Source of the DNA: an uncultured candidate division Zixibacteria bacterium
GTDB taxonomy: Bacteria > Zixibacteria > MSB-5A5 > GN15 > FEB-12
Length of the DNA: 64,000 bases
Direction: 5' to 3'
NCBI GenBank assembly: GCA_963664195.1
Contig: OY760907.1
Coordinates: 1,760,001-1,824,000 of the forward strand
This document shows, one piece after another, positions 29,362-40,014 of this stretch; positions within the stretch are counted from its first letter, which is position 1, and every line of letters starts with the position of its first letter. The notes under the pieces were generated by a model, which was given only the letters and a program-made list of their open reading frames with translations, ran no database searches and was not told the DNA's origin. The position numbers were made by a program, and so were the translations under genes.

Positions 29362-31695
29362 TTGAGGGAGTTCGATACGGTGAAGATCAAGCACAAGATT
29401 CTTCTCGCCATGGTGCTTATCACGTTGGTGTCATCGGTTTTCTTCACGACGCTGCACTATTATGAACAGAGGAATGCCCTGATTGCCGGCCTCGACGACC
29501 GCCTTTTGACCGCCGCACACATGGCCCGGGCTACCCTTCCGGATGACTTTCATGATGCCATTACTGACAGTGAATCGGTCAGTCGGGAAGAATACCGGCA
29601 AATCGTATCCCGCTACAACCGGCTCTGCAAAGATCTGGAGATGGAATATCTCTGGAGCCTGATGGAGGTCGACGGCCGAATTGTATTCACCACCGGAACA
29701 GCCACAAGCAAAAACGTAGAGCAGGGTGATTTTGCTGCCTTCTTCGAGACGCACAGCAACCCAGAGGCGTACGAAGAGGTTTTTCGTACCATGGTCCCTC
29801 AGTATCAGGAGATTGACGACAAGTGGGGGGACCTGCGGGTCGTCCTCGTCCCGTTCGTCGATGCGCACGGCCGCAAGTATCTATTCGGTGCCAGCGTCAG
29901 TATGGAGGCCGCCCAGCACACTACTCAGCAAGTCCTTCTCCAGTGCCTGCTGATACTCGCAGTGCTCGTGCTTGCAACCCTCCTGTTCAGTCTGACTCTG
30001 GCCAAATCACTGTCCCGTCCGATCGAGAAGATTTCTGACGCAGCTCAGAAGATTGCGGCGGGTGATTACGGACAGAAGGTAGATGCCGGCGGATCCGCCG
30101 AGCTGGCCCTGCTCTCTGACAGTGTGAACCACATGTCCCGTGCCATCCAAGAGCAAATGTCGGAACTGCGCGAGCGCGAGGAACGCCTCAGCATTACGCT
30201 CGATTCGATAGGCGACGCCGTTATCGCCACAGACAGTCAGGGCGTTGTCAACCGCATAAACCGGGTGGCCGAAAGACTGACTGGATGGCCACAGGAGAGT
30301 GCTCTCGGTCAGCCTCTGCAGGTGGTCTTCAAGATTCACAACGCGCGCACCGGCGAAGTATGCGAAGACCCCGTCCAGAAGGTTCTGTCAACCGGGGACA
30401 TCGTCGGATTGGCCAATCATACTGTCCTGGTGGCCAGAGACGGTGTCGAGCGTCAAATCGCCGACTCGGGAGCACCGATCAGGTCCGCCGACAACGAGAT
30501 TATCGGCGTGGTGCTGGTCTTCCGCGACGTTACCGGGGAATACGCCCTGCAGGAGCAGCTTCGACACAGCCAGAAAATGGACGCGGTCGGACGGCTCGCC
30601 GGAGGGGTGGCTCACGATTTCAACAACATGCTCGCCGGTGTCCTCGGAGGTGCCGATTTTCTGGCGGATGAGGTACGGTCAGATATCGGACGCGAATCCC
30701 TCCGCATGATAATCGAATCTGCCGAGCGAGCTGCGGATCTCACGGCCAAGCTCCTCGCCTTTGGTCGCAAGAATGTGATAGAGATTTCTCCGGTCGACGT
30801 TCATCGTGCGGTCGATTCGGTCGCCGATGTCCTTGCACGGACCCTCGATCGCAAGATCAGTATTCGCAAGGAACTCACCGCCGGGTCCTCTGTCGTCATG
30901 GGTGATATGACGGAGCTGCAGAACGCCTTCCTGAATCTGGGCATTAACGCTTCGCACGCCATGCCGGAAGGAGGGGAGTTGTTTTTTGAGTCTTCGGTCG
31001 TTGATTTGGATGCAGATTACTGCGAAGCCAGCCCTTTTGATCTGACTCCCGGCCATCACCTCGAAGTCAACGTGCGCGATACCGGTGTAGGGATTCCGCT
31101 CGAAGACCTGCAGAAGATATTCGAGCCGTTCTATACTACCAGACCGTCCGCCTCCGGCACGGGGCTGGGGCTGGCCGCCGTCTACGGAACCGTCCTGCAG
31201 CACAACGGAGCCGTATCCGTCTACAGTGAGACCGGCAGCGGCACTGTCTTCCGCATTTACCTGCCACTGAGCGAGGGATGTGTACACGAATTTCCTCACG
31301 ATGAATCGCCCGTGCCGGGAACCGGAAGAATCCTGGTTGTCGACGACGAACCGGTTATACGTATTACTGCCAGCGCCATTCTCGGACGGCTCGGCTACGA
31401 CGTAGTCGTGGCAGAAAACGGCTATGAAGGGCTGGAGATTTTCAAACAGGAGTGCGATTCTATTGATCTTGTTCTGCTCGATATGATTATGCCGGAGATG
31501 GACGGCAACCGGTGCTTCGCCGCCATGAAGGTGATTCAGCCGGACGTCAAGGTCATTCTGTCGTCCGGGTTTACGCGCGATGCGAACGTGAAGGAGCTTA
31601 TGGACCAGGGGCTGTGCGGGTTTATTCGTAAGCCGTACCGTACCGCGGAACTCAGCCGCCTGATTGGTGAGGTGCTGGCCACCGTGCTGGAGTAA
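29362..31695 (+). CDS. Hybrid sensor histidine kinase (periplasmic sensor, HAMP, PAS, HisKA, HATPase, receiver)
   Basis: LAGGVAHDFNNML, NLGINASHAM, DTGVGI, FEPFYTT, GTGLGL, ILVVDDE...LLDMIMP; start uncertain. Confidence 0.93.
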   Translation: MREFDTVKIKHKILLAMVLITLVSSVFFTTLHYYEQRNALIAGLDDRLLTAAHMARATLPDDFHDAITDSESVSREEYRQIVSRYNRLCKDLEMEYLWSLMEVDGRIVFTTGTATSKNVEQGDFAAFFETHSNPEAYEEVFRTMVPQYQEIDDKWGDLRVVLVPFVDAHGRKYLFGASVSMEAAQHTTQQVLLQCLLILAVLVLATLLFSLTLAKSLSRPIEKISDAAQKIAAGDYGQKVDAGGSAELALLSDSVNHMSRAIQEQMSELREREERLSITLDSIGDAVIATDSQGVVNRINRVAERLTGWPQESALGQPLQVVFKIHNARTGEVCEDPVQKVLSTGDIVGLANHTVLVARDGVERQIADSGAPIRSADNEIIGVVLVFRDVTGEYALQEQLRHSQKMDAVGRLAGGVAHDFNNMLAGVLGGADFLADEVRSDIGRESLRMIIESAERAADLTAKLLAFGRKNVIEISPVDVHRAVDSVADVLARTLDRKISIRKELTAGSSVVMGDMTELQNAFLNLGINASHAMPEGGELFFESSVVDLDADYCEASPFDLTPGHHLEVNVRDTGVGIPLEDLQKIFEPFYTTRPSASGTGLGLAAVYGTVLQHNGAVSVYSETGSGTVFRIYLPLSEGCVHEFPHDESPVPGTGRILVVDDEPVIRITASAILGRLGYDVVVAENGYEGLEIFKQECDSIDLVLLDMIMPEMDGNRCFAAMKVIQPDVKVILSSGFTRDANVKELMDQGLCGFIRKPYRTAELSRLIGEVLATVLE

Positions 31696-31833
31696 CCGCC
31701 TTAAATCCTCCGTTCGTTTCGTACCTGTCCCGAGCTAAACACAGTATTGCCCGCCGTCTCTGAAATGGCTATGTTTGTCCATAGAAGCAAAGCAGTGTTA
31801 GGGTACCAGGAATACGAGGACAGGGAGGACCAC

Positions 31834-33639
31834 ATGTCCAGAGGAATTCAGTTCAGAGCGATCGCAATTGCGATTACGCTGGTCGTCATGCTTGGCAGCA
31901 TGGTGGCAGCGGGAGAGATCGAAGACAATCTGACCTATCAGGGCGGCAAGGCCCGTATCTCGGTAGGGAACATCAAAGCCAAGGCGGATCACTGCTCCCA
32001 CGATATGGCAGCCGCAATTGGCGAAATGATGTCAACGGCACTGGTCAACACCGGCAAATTCATCGTGTTGGCCTCTCAGGAGGAAACCGCCGAGTTGGCC
32101 GAAGAGATCGACTTTGCCCAATCCGGCTATGTTGAGGAAGGTCGCGGAGCGGAGAAAGGCCTGATGGAAGGTGCCGACCTGCTCATCACCGGCGCCGTGA
32201 CGACGTTTGAACCGGATGCCGGCGGGGGAGGCGGCATGCTCGGAGGAATTAGTAAGAAGGCGTTCGGCAAGGTCGGCGTATCCTCCAAAAAGGCCAAGAT
32301 GGCGGTGGAAGTCAAATTGATCGACATCCGCACCCGTCGGGTGCTCAAAGCCAAGACGGTTACGGCCGAGTCCAAGAAGTGGAAGACCTCAATGACCGGC
32401 GGCGGCTGGGTCGAGGATGTGGCGCTGGTCGGCGGTCTCTCGCAGTACTCCAACGAGCCGATGGAAGACGCTATTCGCGCCACGCTCGCCAAGTCTATCG
32501 AGATGATCTCCAAAGAAGTCCCGAAAGAGTACTACCGATACCAGGGGCAGGGTCAGTACACGCAGGAATACGGCAAGTCCGGCGGTCAGGCTCAGAGCCA
32601 GGCTTCTGCCACCGCAGGCAATGCTGCAACCAGTGGTGCCGCGACCGCTTCGGCAGCCGTTACGACCGCTCCTGCTGCCGAAGACATGACCCTCTACACC
32701 AAATATGATTTCATTCCCGGCGACCGGGTCATCTTCTACGATGATATGAAAAACGACGAGGAGGGTGAATTCCCGTACCGTTGGAAACTTGAACAAGGAG
32801 TCTACGAGGTCGCACGGCTCGGCAAAGAGTTCTGGATCCTGGCCACCGATGACGGAAACATCCGCCCCAATATGCCCGACGCTCCGTTACCGGAAAAGTA
32901 CACTGTCGAGTATGAGTATTATGACAAGGGCCAGGGTACCGACGGCAACTACCATTACATCTTTTGGGTTGACGCCGAAGGCAAGAACATCGCCTGCTTT
33001 GGCGTGTATGGAGACAAGAGCACCTGGATGGAAATCGGTGGCAAGACCATTTCGGACAAGCCGCTTGATGCCCGCCCGCCCACGGGCATACAGACGATGC
33101 GCATCATGGCCACCAGCCGATCAATTAAGTGCTATGTCAACGAAACCCGTGTAGCGAATATCCCCAAAGTGGACGGGTTCGCGCCGGTTGGATTCCGCCT
33201 GCATCACCGTCCGTACGCCAATACAGATAATCCCGTTCTGTTCCGCGGCTTCCGGTTTGCCGAGGGCGGAAAGAGTATGCGGGCGCAGTTGGAGGAGAAC
33301 GGAAAGATTGTCACTCACGGTATCCTGTTCGATTCCGACAGTCACAAGATCAAAGCGGAGAGTTTCAAGACACTGAAGGAAATCGGACGGCTCTTTGAGG
33401 ACGATCCCGAGCTTCGCCTGTCAATCGAGGGGCACACCGACACCGACGGAAGCGACACGCACAACGCTGAGTTGTCGAAGAGTCGTGCTGACGCTGTGCG
33501 CAACTACTTGATCGCGACCTACGGTGTCAACCCGGCCAACCTGGAAGCCAAAGGCTGGGGTGAATCAAAACCAATCGACTCAAACGATTCTGCCGAAGGC
33601 AAAGCGAACAATCGACGTGTCGAACTTGTACAGTTATAG
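31834..33639 (+). CDS. CsgG/HfaB-family domain fused to OmpA-like peptidoglycan-binding domain
   Basis: GGAGG RBS; EMMSTALVNTGKFIVL, GADLLITGAVTTFE; Ala-rich linker; KYDFIPGD; ILFD...IEGHTD...LSKSRA...NRRVE. Confidence 0.85.
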   Translation: MSRGIQFRAIAIAITLVVMLGSMVAAGEIEDNLTYQGGKARISVGNIKAKADHCSHDMAAAIGEMMSTALVNTGKFIVLASQEETAELAEEIDFAQSGYVEEGRGAEKGLMEGADLLITGAVTTFEPDAGGGGGMLGGISKKAFGKVGVSSKKAKMAVEVKLIDIRTRRVLKAKTVTAESKKWKTSMTGGGWVEDVALVGGLSQYSNEPMEDAIRATLAKSIEMISKEVPKEYYRYQGQGQYTQEYGKSGGQAQSQASATAGNAATSGAATASAAVTTAPAAEDMTLYTKYDFIPGDRVIFYDDMKNDEEGEFPYRWKLEQGVYEVARLGKEFWILATDDGNIRPNMPDAPLPEKYTVEYEYYDKGQGTDGNYHYIFWVDAEGKNIACFGVYGDKSTWMEIGGKTISDKPLDARPPTGIQTMRIMATSRSIKCYVNETRVANIPKVDGFAPVGFRLHHRPYANTDNPVLFRGFRFAEGGKSMRAQLEENGKIVTHGILFDSDSHKIKAESFKTLKEIGRLFEDDPELRLSIEGHTDTDGSDTHNAELSKSRADAVRNYLIATYGVNPANLEAKGWGESKPIDSNDSAEGKANNRRVELVQL

Positions 33640-33659
33640 TTCATTGATATAACGGACTT

Positions 33660-33687
33660 TGCCGGGCGGGATTACTCCTGCCCGGCA
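33660..33687 (+). terminator. GC-rich hairpin after CsgG-OmpA gene
   Basis: TGCCGGGCGGGA-ttac-TCCTGCCCGGCA; no clear U tract. Confidence 0.45.
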
Positions 33688-34095
33688 ATCAATAGTGCCT
33701 GGGCCCTGGTGCCGCACCGTCCGGTGGCCCAACCCGTGCCTCGGGTGGGGAATAGCCGCGTTCTCGCTCTGTGACCGCCATAGTCCTGTGACCGCCAGGG
33801 GTGGAACCCTGGCGGATTCGATTCCGATTGACAATGATCCGCAATTGTGTATCGTGAAGGCGACCTTAGTTCAATCAGACTCACTCGATGATTCTTGAAA
33901 GAAGTGTGGCAGTCGAAGGATTACGCACTCATGGACCTGTAAACCCACTCTGGCACGGGCGGGCTACCGGTTTGCTCATATCGTCGGGGTGGCCAATTGA
34001 CTACCTCTTGTGTAGCTCGGTAATTGCATCAGGACTACGGTCTGTCAGGCGCGAATGAACATGTAACGCGACCAGACTGTGCCCCGATTCCCCGC

Positions 34096-34311
34096 CTACT
34101 CCGAGTCCTTCTCTGAATCCTTCAGCTTCTTCGCCATCGACGTTGCGTACAGAAACAGCACGATTGACGACAGCAGGACTACGCCGGCCAGCACTATCAT
34201 CGTGATCGGCGAAACATGGTCAGCCGTCAGGACAGCCGCCGTAACTGCCACCACAGCCACTGCCACTACAATCAGAAGTATCTTTCTCAAATCGAGCTTA
34301 GTTGATGCCAT
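34096..34311 (-). CDS. Small two-TM membrane protein
   Basis: GGAG RBS; two hydrophobic stretches and a charged tail. Confidence 0.6.
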   Translation of the reverse strand: MASTKLDLRKILLIVVAVAVVAVTAAVLTADHVSPITMIVLAGVVLLSSIVLFLYATSMAKKLKDSEKDSE

Positions 34312-34467
34312 TGCTCCGCTATCTCCTGCTAGACTCCCGACCTCAATGAGCCGGATTTATGTCATTGACAACAGTGCATTATAGTGCCCGGGGATTCAAT
34401 ATGAAAGAAATGATGCAGCAGGAATCCGTGATCGCAACCGACCTGATCCAATGGAACAGGGCCGGCC

Positions 34468-34576
34468 GACTCAGGTCGGCCAACCCTGATTGCCCCCTCG
34501 TGGTATCGGACCGTCCGGAAGGAAACCGCTTGATCCAGGATAGGCCGCCAGCCCGTACAAGTCTTTGACCTGAGTC
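34468..34576 (+). ncRNA. Candidate ~110-nt rod-shaped RNA, SRP(4.5S)-like
   Basis: Terminal stem GACTCAGGTCGG/TTGACCTGAGTC and apical GTCC-GGAA-GGAA; the internal-loop bases differ from the SRP consensus. Confidence 0.3.
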
Positions 34577-34677
34577 AAATCTCCGTGAGATTTGCCGTTA
34601 TTCTCTGTGATCCCGATCTCTGTTGTGTCGCCAGTTTTTTTGTAAGAATCCTCCGTCCCCTTATGTATAATACACCA

Positions 34678-35781
34678 ATGATGGAAACCGTCTCTGATAA
34701 ACAACTCAAGCAGGCGACCGCCCTCGTGGGCGACCTGTTTGCGGTCGATGCCTGGTACGAACAGACGCACCGGCTTGTCTTGTCGTTGCGGTTTCGTTTC
34801 GAGCCAGTGAAATCAAAGCGGCTGCTGGAGGACCGTCTGAAACTTGCCGGATACACCTACAGCCTGTCGGAGATAGATCAAAATCTCGTGCTCACGCTTG
34901 ACCCCAATCCCAGACTCCGTATCCCCCGACTGAACATCATCCTGTTCCTGGCAACACTCATCAGCGTCTATGTCCTGCCGGTGTTTTCGTTCAATCTTCA
35001 TCGTGCGCATTCGTTTTCAGACGGCGTGTCAATGGCTCTCGACGATCTGGGTCGCGGAGTGGGAATCGAATTCACTCTGGCCCTGATGTCGATTCTTCTC
35101 GTTCACGAGATGGGGCACTTTGTGGCCAGTCGACGTCGCGGGATCATCACATCGTGGCCGTACTTCATTCCGGCACCGAATGTCATCGGTACCTTTGGTG
35201 CGGTAATAAGGTCGAAGTCGCCGTTCTGGAACCGGCGTGATCTTATCGAGGTCGGTGCCGCCGGTCCGATTGCCGGGTGGATTGTTGCGCTTTTCTGGCT
35301 GATATACGGTTTGTCTCAATCGGCTATAGCGACTCCGTACAATGTTACTTCCACTACGATGCCGATGATTCTCGACGGCGAGTCTCTGCTCATTAAGTTC
35401 CTCACGCCGTTGCTGGCCGGGGTTGGCGTTCCGGGGACGTTTTACGCGTTCACCGAGGCGGCCTTTGCTGGTTGGGTGGGGATGCTTGTGACGGCTATCA
35501 ACATGCTGCCGATAGGTCAACTCGACGGCGGCCATGTCCTTTACGGGCTTACCCGTGAGAGACAGCACGTTCTTGGGTGGATCGCGATGGTTGTCCTGAT
35601 CGGTTTGGGATTTCAGTCAATGATGTGGTGGGTGTTTGCCGCTCTGGGACTGATCTTCGGGGTGCCGCATCCGCCGACACTTGATGATCGCAGAGAGCTT
35701 CCGATGTCCGCCAGAGTAATGGGCTGGGCATCTATCGTGATCTTCGTGATTTCGTTTACGCCAATTCCATTTCGGAATTGA
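34678..35781 (+). CDS. Site-2 protease (M50 family) intramembrane metalloprotease
   Basis: HEMGH, GTFGAVI, GAAGPIAG, NMLPIGQLDGGH. Confidence 0.92.
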   Translation: MMETVSDKQLKQATALVGDLFAVDAWYEQTHRLVLSLRFRFEPVKSKRLLEDRLKLAGYTYSLSEIDQNLVLTLDPNPRLRIPRLNIILFLATLISVYVLPVFSFNLHRAHSFSDGVSMALDDLGRGVGIEFTLALMSILLVHEMGHFVASRRRGIITSWPYFIPAPNVIGTFGAVIRSKSPFWNRRDLIEVGAAGPIAGWIVALFWLIYGLSQSAIATPYNVTSTTMPMILDGESLLIKFLTPLLAGVGVPGTFYAFTEAAFAGWVGMLVTAINMLPIGQLDGGHVLYGLTRERQHVLGWIAMVVLIGLGFQSMMWWVFAALGLIFGVPHPPTLDDRRELPMSARVMGWASIVIFVISFTPIPFRN

Positions 35782-37285
35782 GAATCTCGTCGAGACAGCT
35801 TACATCAAAATCCCGTCCGTACAGATCGGTGAAATCGATCTTGCCCGATTTCAGTACGGTGTAGAACGCCCGGACAATTGCCGGGTCAAACTGCGTGCCG
35901 GAGTGTTCCGTCAGCTCGCGGATAGCAACCTCGATTTCAGCTCCCTTACGATACGGGCGATCGGACATGATGGCGTCGAACGTATCCGCCACCGCCAGCA
36001 GACGACCTTCCTCAGGAATTTCGTTTCCCTTGAGACCTTCCGGATATCCCTGGCCGTCGTACCGCTCGTGGTGACCGATGATATACGGCACCGAGGGTTT
36101 GAAGAGGTCAATCCCGCGAATAATCTGAAGGCCCAGTTGCGGATGTTCCTGCATGCGGGCGCGTTCCTCGTCGGTGAGAATCCCGGCCTTGTTAAGAATA
36201 GCATCCGGGACGCCGATTTTGCCTATGTCGTGCAGCGTACAACCCATCCTGAGATCGTTTATCCGGCTTTTCCTCCAGCCGAGTTCGCGGGCGATTTGCT
36301 CCGCTATTTTCATCACACGGTCGGTATGACCCGCTGTGTATTGGTCGCGGGCTTCAATTGAGTTCGCCAGCGCCGTAATAGCCTGCAGGTAGGAGTTCTG
36401 GAGGTCATGGTACAGCTTCTGGTTGGCGATTGCCGAGGCCGCCGAAGAGGCGAGAATCGACAGGGCGTCCAACTGACCGTGGGGGACCATCTCAGAGCGT
36501 GAGACCAGTCTGACATTGATGACACCGTGGAGAGTCTTTCGAATATACACCGGATTGGTGATGAGAATCCGATGCATCTGGGTGGTGTCTTTCAGGAAAG
36601 GCTCCACCTTCATTGAGGGGGACGTATTAAGCTCTTCAAGGAATGGGGCGAGCAGGGATTCATCAAGCACCGCAGCGGCATCTTCCTCAGAGGATCTGCT
36701 GAGCCGCCTGATAGTCTCTCGTGAGTCTGGGTCAATCTGGATGATTGCCGAGGCATCTGCTGCCAACTCAGTATTGCACGAGTTGAGCACCAACTCCAGG
36801 TATGGATCGAGATCCTGACCGGTCCCAAAAAACGTATTGGCGACCTTGAGGAACTCTACCTGACCCTTGAGAGAAATGTTGTCCCGCAATATCTTCTGGT
36901 GCTCCAGGCCACGTTTGATGGTGGCGTTGAGCATTTCCAGTTTGAACGGTTTGACGAGGAAATCAAAGCCGCCGTGCTTGAGTACGGAAATTGCCGTCTG
37001 CACGGTCGGGTGTGCGGTCATGAGAATTACGATAGCGTCCGGGTGGTTTTCGAGGGCGGCCTCCAGAACCTGGATTCCAGAATACTCGCCCATGACCAGG
37101 TCTGAGAGCACCAGGTCTATAGGGTTGGCGGCAAGGTAGTCGAGCGCTTCACGAGGATCGCTGAACGCCGCAATATCAAAGTTGTCTTCCCCAAGGGACT
37201 CAATGATGATTCGGCAGATGTACTGCTCGTCATCTACGACAAGAATCCGTTTTTTCGGTTCGTGACGCATCGGTTTCCTTTCCAC
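35756..37285 (-). CDS. Response regulator with GAF-like and HD-GYP (c-di-GMP phosphodiesterase) domains
   Basis: RILVVDDE receiver; LHDIGKIG, HHERYDGQGYP, VADTFDAIMSDRPYR. Confidence 0.92.
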   Translation of the reverse strand: MERKPMRHEPKKRILVVDDEQYICRIIIESLGEDNFDIAAFSDPREALDYLAANPIDLVLSDLVMGEYSGIQVLEAALENHPDAIVILMTAHPTVQTAISVLKHGGFDFLVKPFKLEMLNATIKRGLEHQKILRDNISLKGQVEFLKVANTFFGTGQDLDPYLELVLNSCNTELAADASAIIQIDPDSRETIRRLSRSSEEDAAAVLDESLLAPFLEELNTSPSMKVEPFLKDTTQMHRILITNPVYIRKTLHGVINVRLVSRSEMVPHGQLDALSILASSAASAIANQKLYHDLQNSYLQAITALANSIEARDQYTAGHTDRVMKIAEQIARELGWRKSRINDLRMGCTLHDIGKIGVPDAILNKAGILTDEERARMQEHPQLGLQIIRGIDLFKPSVPYIIGHHERYDGQGYPEGLKGNEIPEEGRLLAVADTFDAIMSDRPYRKGAEIEVAIRELTEHSGTQFDPAIVRAFYTVLKSGKIDFTDLYGRDFDVSCLDEILNSEMELA

Positions 37286-37543
37286 GTTGTCGTCAGTAGC
37301 TTGTATCGGTCAATCTCAAGCGGTCACGACACGGCCTGAGTCCTTTGTCTAATAATTGCGCTTGGGGTTTTCGGGACTGGGGAGAGCGCCCCAGAGAATG
37401 ATCAATTTTTGCGTCGAAATCCGCCTGTAGTGCAGGTTCGCGGCGCTCACGTGCGGGGAGAGATTTACCGGGTTCTGTTTCTTGTCGACGTCAAGTATCT
37501 GGCGGATCGCTCGATAATCACTAATAAGGAGGATACGCCAAAC

Positions 37544-39946
37544 ATGAGAGTATACCCGAGTTCCGTCCGCCTCTTTCTGGTCACCGCAACACTATTGACA
37601 CTGTTCGTGCCGCAGGTATGGTCGGGGGACAAGCCGGCCGCACGTCTCGAGCCGATCGACAGGGTTGACTTCGTCAATCTTATGTCATCCCCTTCGCTTG
37701 TGACTGCAGGGCCGTGCACGCTGAGTGTTCACCAGGAGATTACACACTATATTCCCGGCTGGATTATCGGACAGGAGTGGTACAAGGGGTATGTCGATCC
37801 CTCAATGGGTTGTCCCGATGCGTATCCGTTCACCGTGACGGAAATCAACATGCCGGTGAAGTTCGACGCCGGCTCGCCGCTGAATGTGTCAGTTGACGTG
37901 GAAACGGTTGACTATACGACCATTCCCGGTTGCACCGTTCCCGGTGAGATGATTGTATTCTCGACAGAATATCCCCTGCAGGTTCCGGCCGAGGGGGGAT
38001 CGTTTAATGTCTGGATTCCGCTTGATTCACCTATCGTGGTGAACGGACCGTTTTTTGCCGGCTTCTATATATCCAACCAGGTCTCGGAGGCGGCCAACGG
38101 GTCGGTCTATTGCGATTCTCTTCCGGTGGCCTGTGTTTCCTGGGACGCCTGGGCTGAGGATATCGGCTGGATTGACCTTACCGGCACCGATGCCGGTTTC
38201 CCCGGCGTGCTGGCAATGCAGGTTGCCGGAATCGCGGGAGGCGGCAGTAGTGACCCCGACAGTGACGGTGACGGTGTGCCTGACGCAACAGACAACTGCC
38301 CGACTGTCGCCAATGCGGGGCAAGAAGATGCTGACGGTGACGGTATCGGCGACGCCTGTGATACCGGTGCTCCCGATGACGACGGCGACGGGATTCCAAA
38401 CAGCGCCGACAACTGTCCGGCGATAGCTAATCCGGGGCAGGAAGATGCTGACGGTGACGGTATCGGCGACGCCTGCGATTCGGGCGGCTCCGACAGCACG
38501 CGTTCGCAGATTGTTCTCGTCAACCCCCAACAGGGCGACACGCTTTTTGGTGCGGTCGAGGTTCTGGCCTGGGATAGCGCGTTCTCAGGAGTTATCGATC
38601 ATGTCTCGTTTTCATTCTCTGACGGTGGCTCACCCGTAGAATTCGGACGCTTGAACCGCCAGGCGGCAACGCTTCGTGATGGCGTCAATCCTACCCTGAG
38701 CGGCAGCGGCTATTCGGTTGACTGGGATTTCTCATATCTGCCGGAGGGTATCTACACAGTTCTAGTCAGCTCGGTTGACAACTCCGGTGACAGCTCAGTC
38801 GCTACGGCTGTGGTCATACTCGAACCGACTCCGCCGACTCCGGTGATCGTTACCCCTTCCGACGGCGCGCCGTACTGTGCGCCCTTGAATCTTCAAATGG
38901 CTACGACAGACGAGAACATGTCGTACATACAGATTTACGAGAACGAGATTGAGGACATTTATTCCGCAGGGGTGACGCCGATAAGCCAGTTCTCGGTCGG
39001 TGATGCCGACGGCGACCCCTCCGATGGTAACCTCGCCTCCCAGGGTGAGTTCGGTGACTACTACTCGGCGCCGACCGCGGCGGCTATGGCCGCCCGAGTC
39101 TGGTATGATCGCGGCTACACAAATATCATGAAAGAAGGCGTCGGGTTCTTGACGCTGGGTGATCTTGCCGAGGCGTTGGCGAGGGTGTTCAAGACGCGCC
39201 AGAACCGTGGGACTTATGACGATGCTTTGTACGGAGGGCTTGAGTCTTACTTCGCCAATCATGGCAGCGATCTTGAGTGCGGTCACCTTCGCCACCCGTC
39301 CTACTATCAGTTGCGGTCGGCAGTCGAGGATGACCAGCAGACGGTGATACTCGGACTCGGCGGCAATCCCGGATTCTGGGTGGCGGTTGATGGGTTCCTT
39401 GGCTGGACCCAGACCGATGGCACCTACCGGGTCACGGTTGCCAACCCGTTGGCCGGTGGGATACAGGTCACCGCCTGGCGTCATCAGATGGGCTACGATG
39501 AGATCTCGATCAACGATGTCTGGCACCCGGTTGAGATAATGATTTCGATGAAGGCCCGGACGTGGGAAGTCAACCGCGCTCTCATCGGAGTCGACTTCAA
39601 CCCGGCCGATGGCTGGAGCTACCTTTGGAACGAGCCAGGGCTTGTCGAGGGCAGCGTACTTTTCATTCGGGCTGTCGGTCGCGACGCAACCGCGTACACT
39701 TCCGAGTCGGTGATCATGACTGAGTTCAATTGTGCGGCGGTGTTCAAAGCCGGTGACTACAACGAGGATCAGGCGGCTGACATCGCAGATCTGTTCCTGC
39801 TCATCGACGCCATCGCGATGGGTGGCGAACCGCCGAGCGGGGGAATCGAACGAGCGGATTGCAACTGTGATCAGGCGGTCACGACGGCGGATATCGTGTA
39901 TTATATGAATTACCTGTTCGGGACATCCAGTCCGCCGTGCCGTTAG
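37544..39946 (+). CDS. Secreted multidomain protein: TSP3 Ca-binding repeats, Ig-like, papain/C39-like domain, C-terminal dockerin-like
   Basis: AGGAGG RBS; signal peptide; DxDGDGxPDxxDNCP...[14 protein letters not shown] twice; [14 protein letters not shown]...[22 protein letters not shown]. Confidence 0.85.
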   Translation: MRVYPSSVRLFLVTATLLTLFVPQVWSGDKPAARLEPIDRVDFVNLMSSPSLVTAGPCTLSVHQEITHYIPGWIIGQEWYKGYVDPSMGCPDAYPFTVTEINMPVKFDAGSPLNVSVDVETVDYTTIPGCTVPGEMIVFSTEYPLQVPAEGGSFNVWIPLDSPIVVNGPFFAGFYISNQVSEAANGSVYCDSLPVACVSWDAWAEDIGWIDLTGTDAGFPGVLAMQVAGIAGGGSSDPDSDGDGVPDATDNCPTVANAGQEDADGDGIGDACDTGAPDDDGDGIPNSADNCPAIANPGQEDADGDGIGDACDSGGSDSTRSQIVLVNPQQGDTLFGAVEVLAWDSAFSGVIDHVSFSFSDGGSPVEFGRLNRQAATLRDGVNPTLSGSGYSVDWDFSYLPEGIYTVLVSSVDNSGDSSVATAVVILEPTPPTPVIVTPSDGAPYCAPLNLQMATTDENMSYIQIYENEIEDIYSAGVTPISQFSVGDADGDPSDGNLASQGEFGDYYSAPTAAAMAARVWYDRGYTNIMKEGVGFLTLGDLAEALARVFKTRQNRGTYDDALYGGLESYFANHGSDLECGHLRHPSYYQLRSAVEDDQQTVILGLGGNPGFWVAVDGFLGWTQTDGTYRVTVANPLAGGIQVTAWRHQMGYDEISINDVWHPVEIMISMKARTWEVNRALIGVDFNPADGWSYLWNEPGLVEGSVLFIRAVGRDATAYTSESVIMTEFNCAAVFKAGDYNEDQAADIADLFLLIDAIAMGGEPPSGGIERADCNCDQAVTTADIVYYMNYLFGTSSPPCR
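38291..38479 (+). repeat. Intragenic 117-bp-period tandem duplication (TSP3 repeats)
   Basis: GACAACTG(C/T)CCG at 38291 and 38408; shared GAAGATGCTGACGGTGACGGTATCGGCGACGCCTG. Confidence 0.8.
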
Positions 39947-39960
39947 ACGAATTGAATAAG

Positions 39961-39994
39961 AAAAGAGCCGCCTGATCGGGCGGCTCTTTTTCTT
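39961..39994. terminator. Bidirectional intrinsic terminator; left boundary of phage-like module
   Basis: AAAAGAGCCGCCTGATCGGGCGGCTCTTTTTCTT between convergent genes. Confidence 0.85.
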
Positions 39995-40014
39995 GAGGTG
40001 GCAGTGGCTTGGGG

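Noticed and set aside
33700..34080. Hairpin-rich intergenic region considered as 6S RNA, tmRNA or a 56-aa ORF
   Set aside because: No convincing end-to-end pairing or conserved termini; ORF has no RBS or recognisable features.
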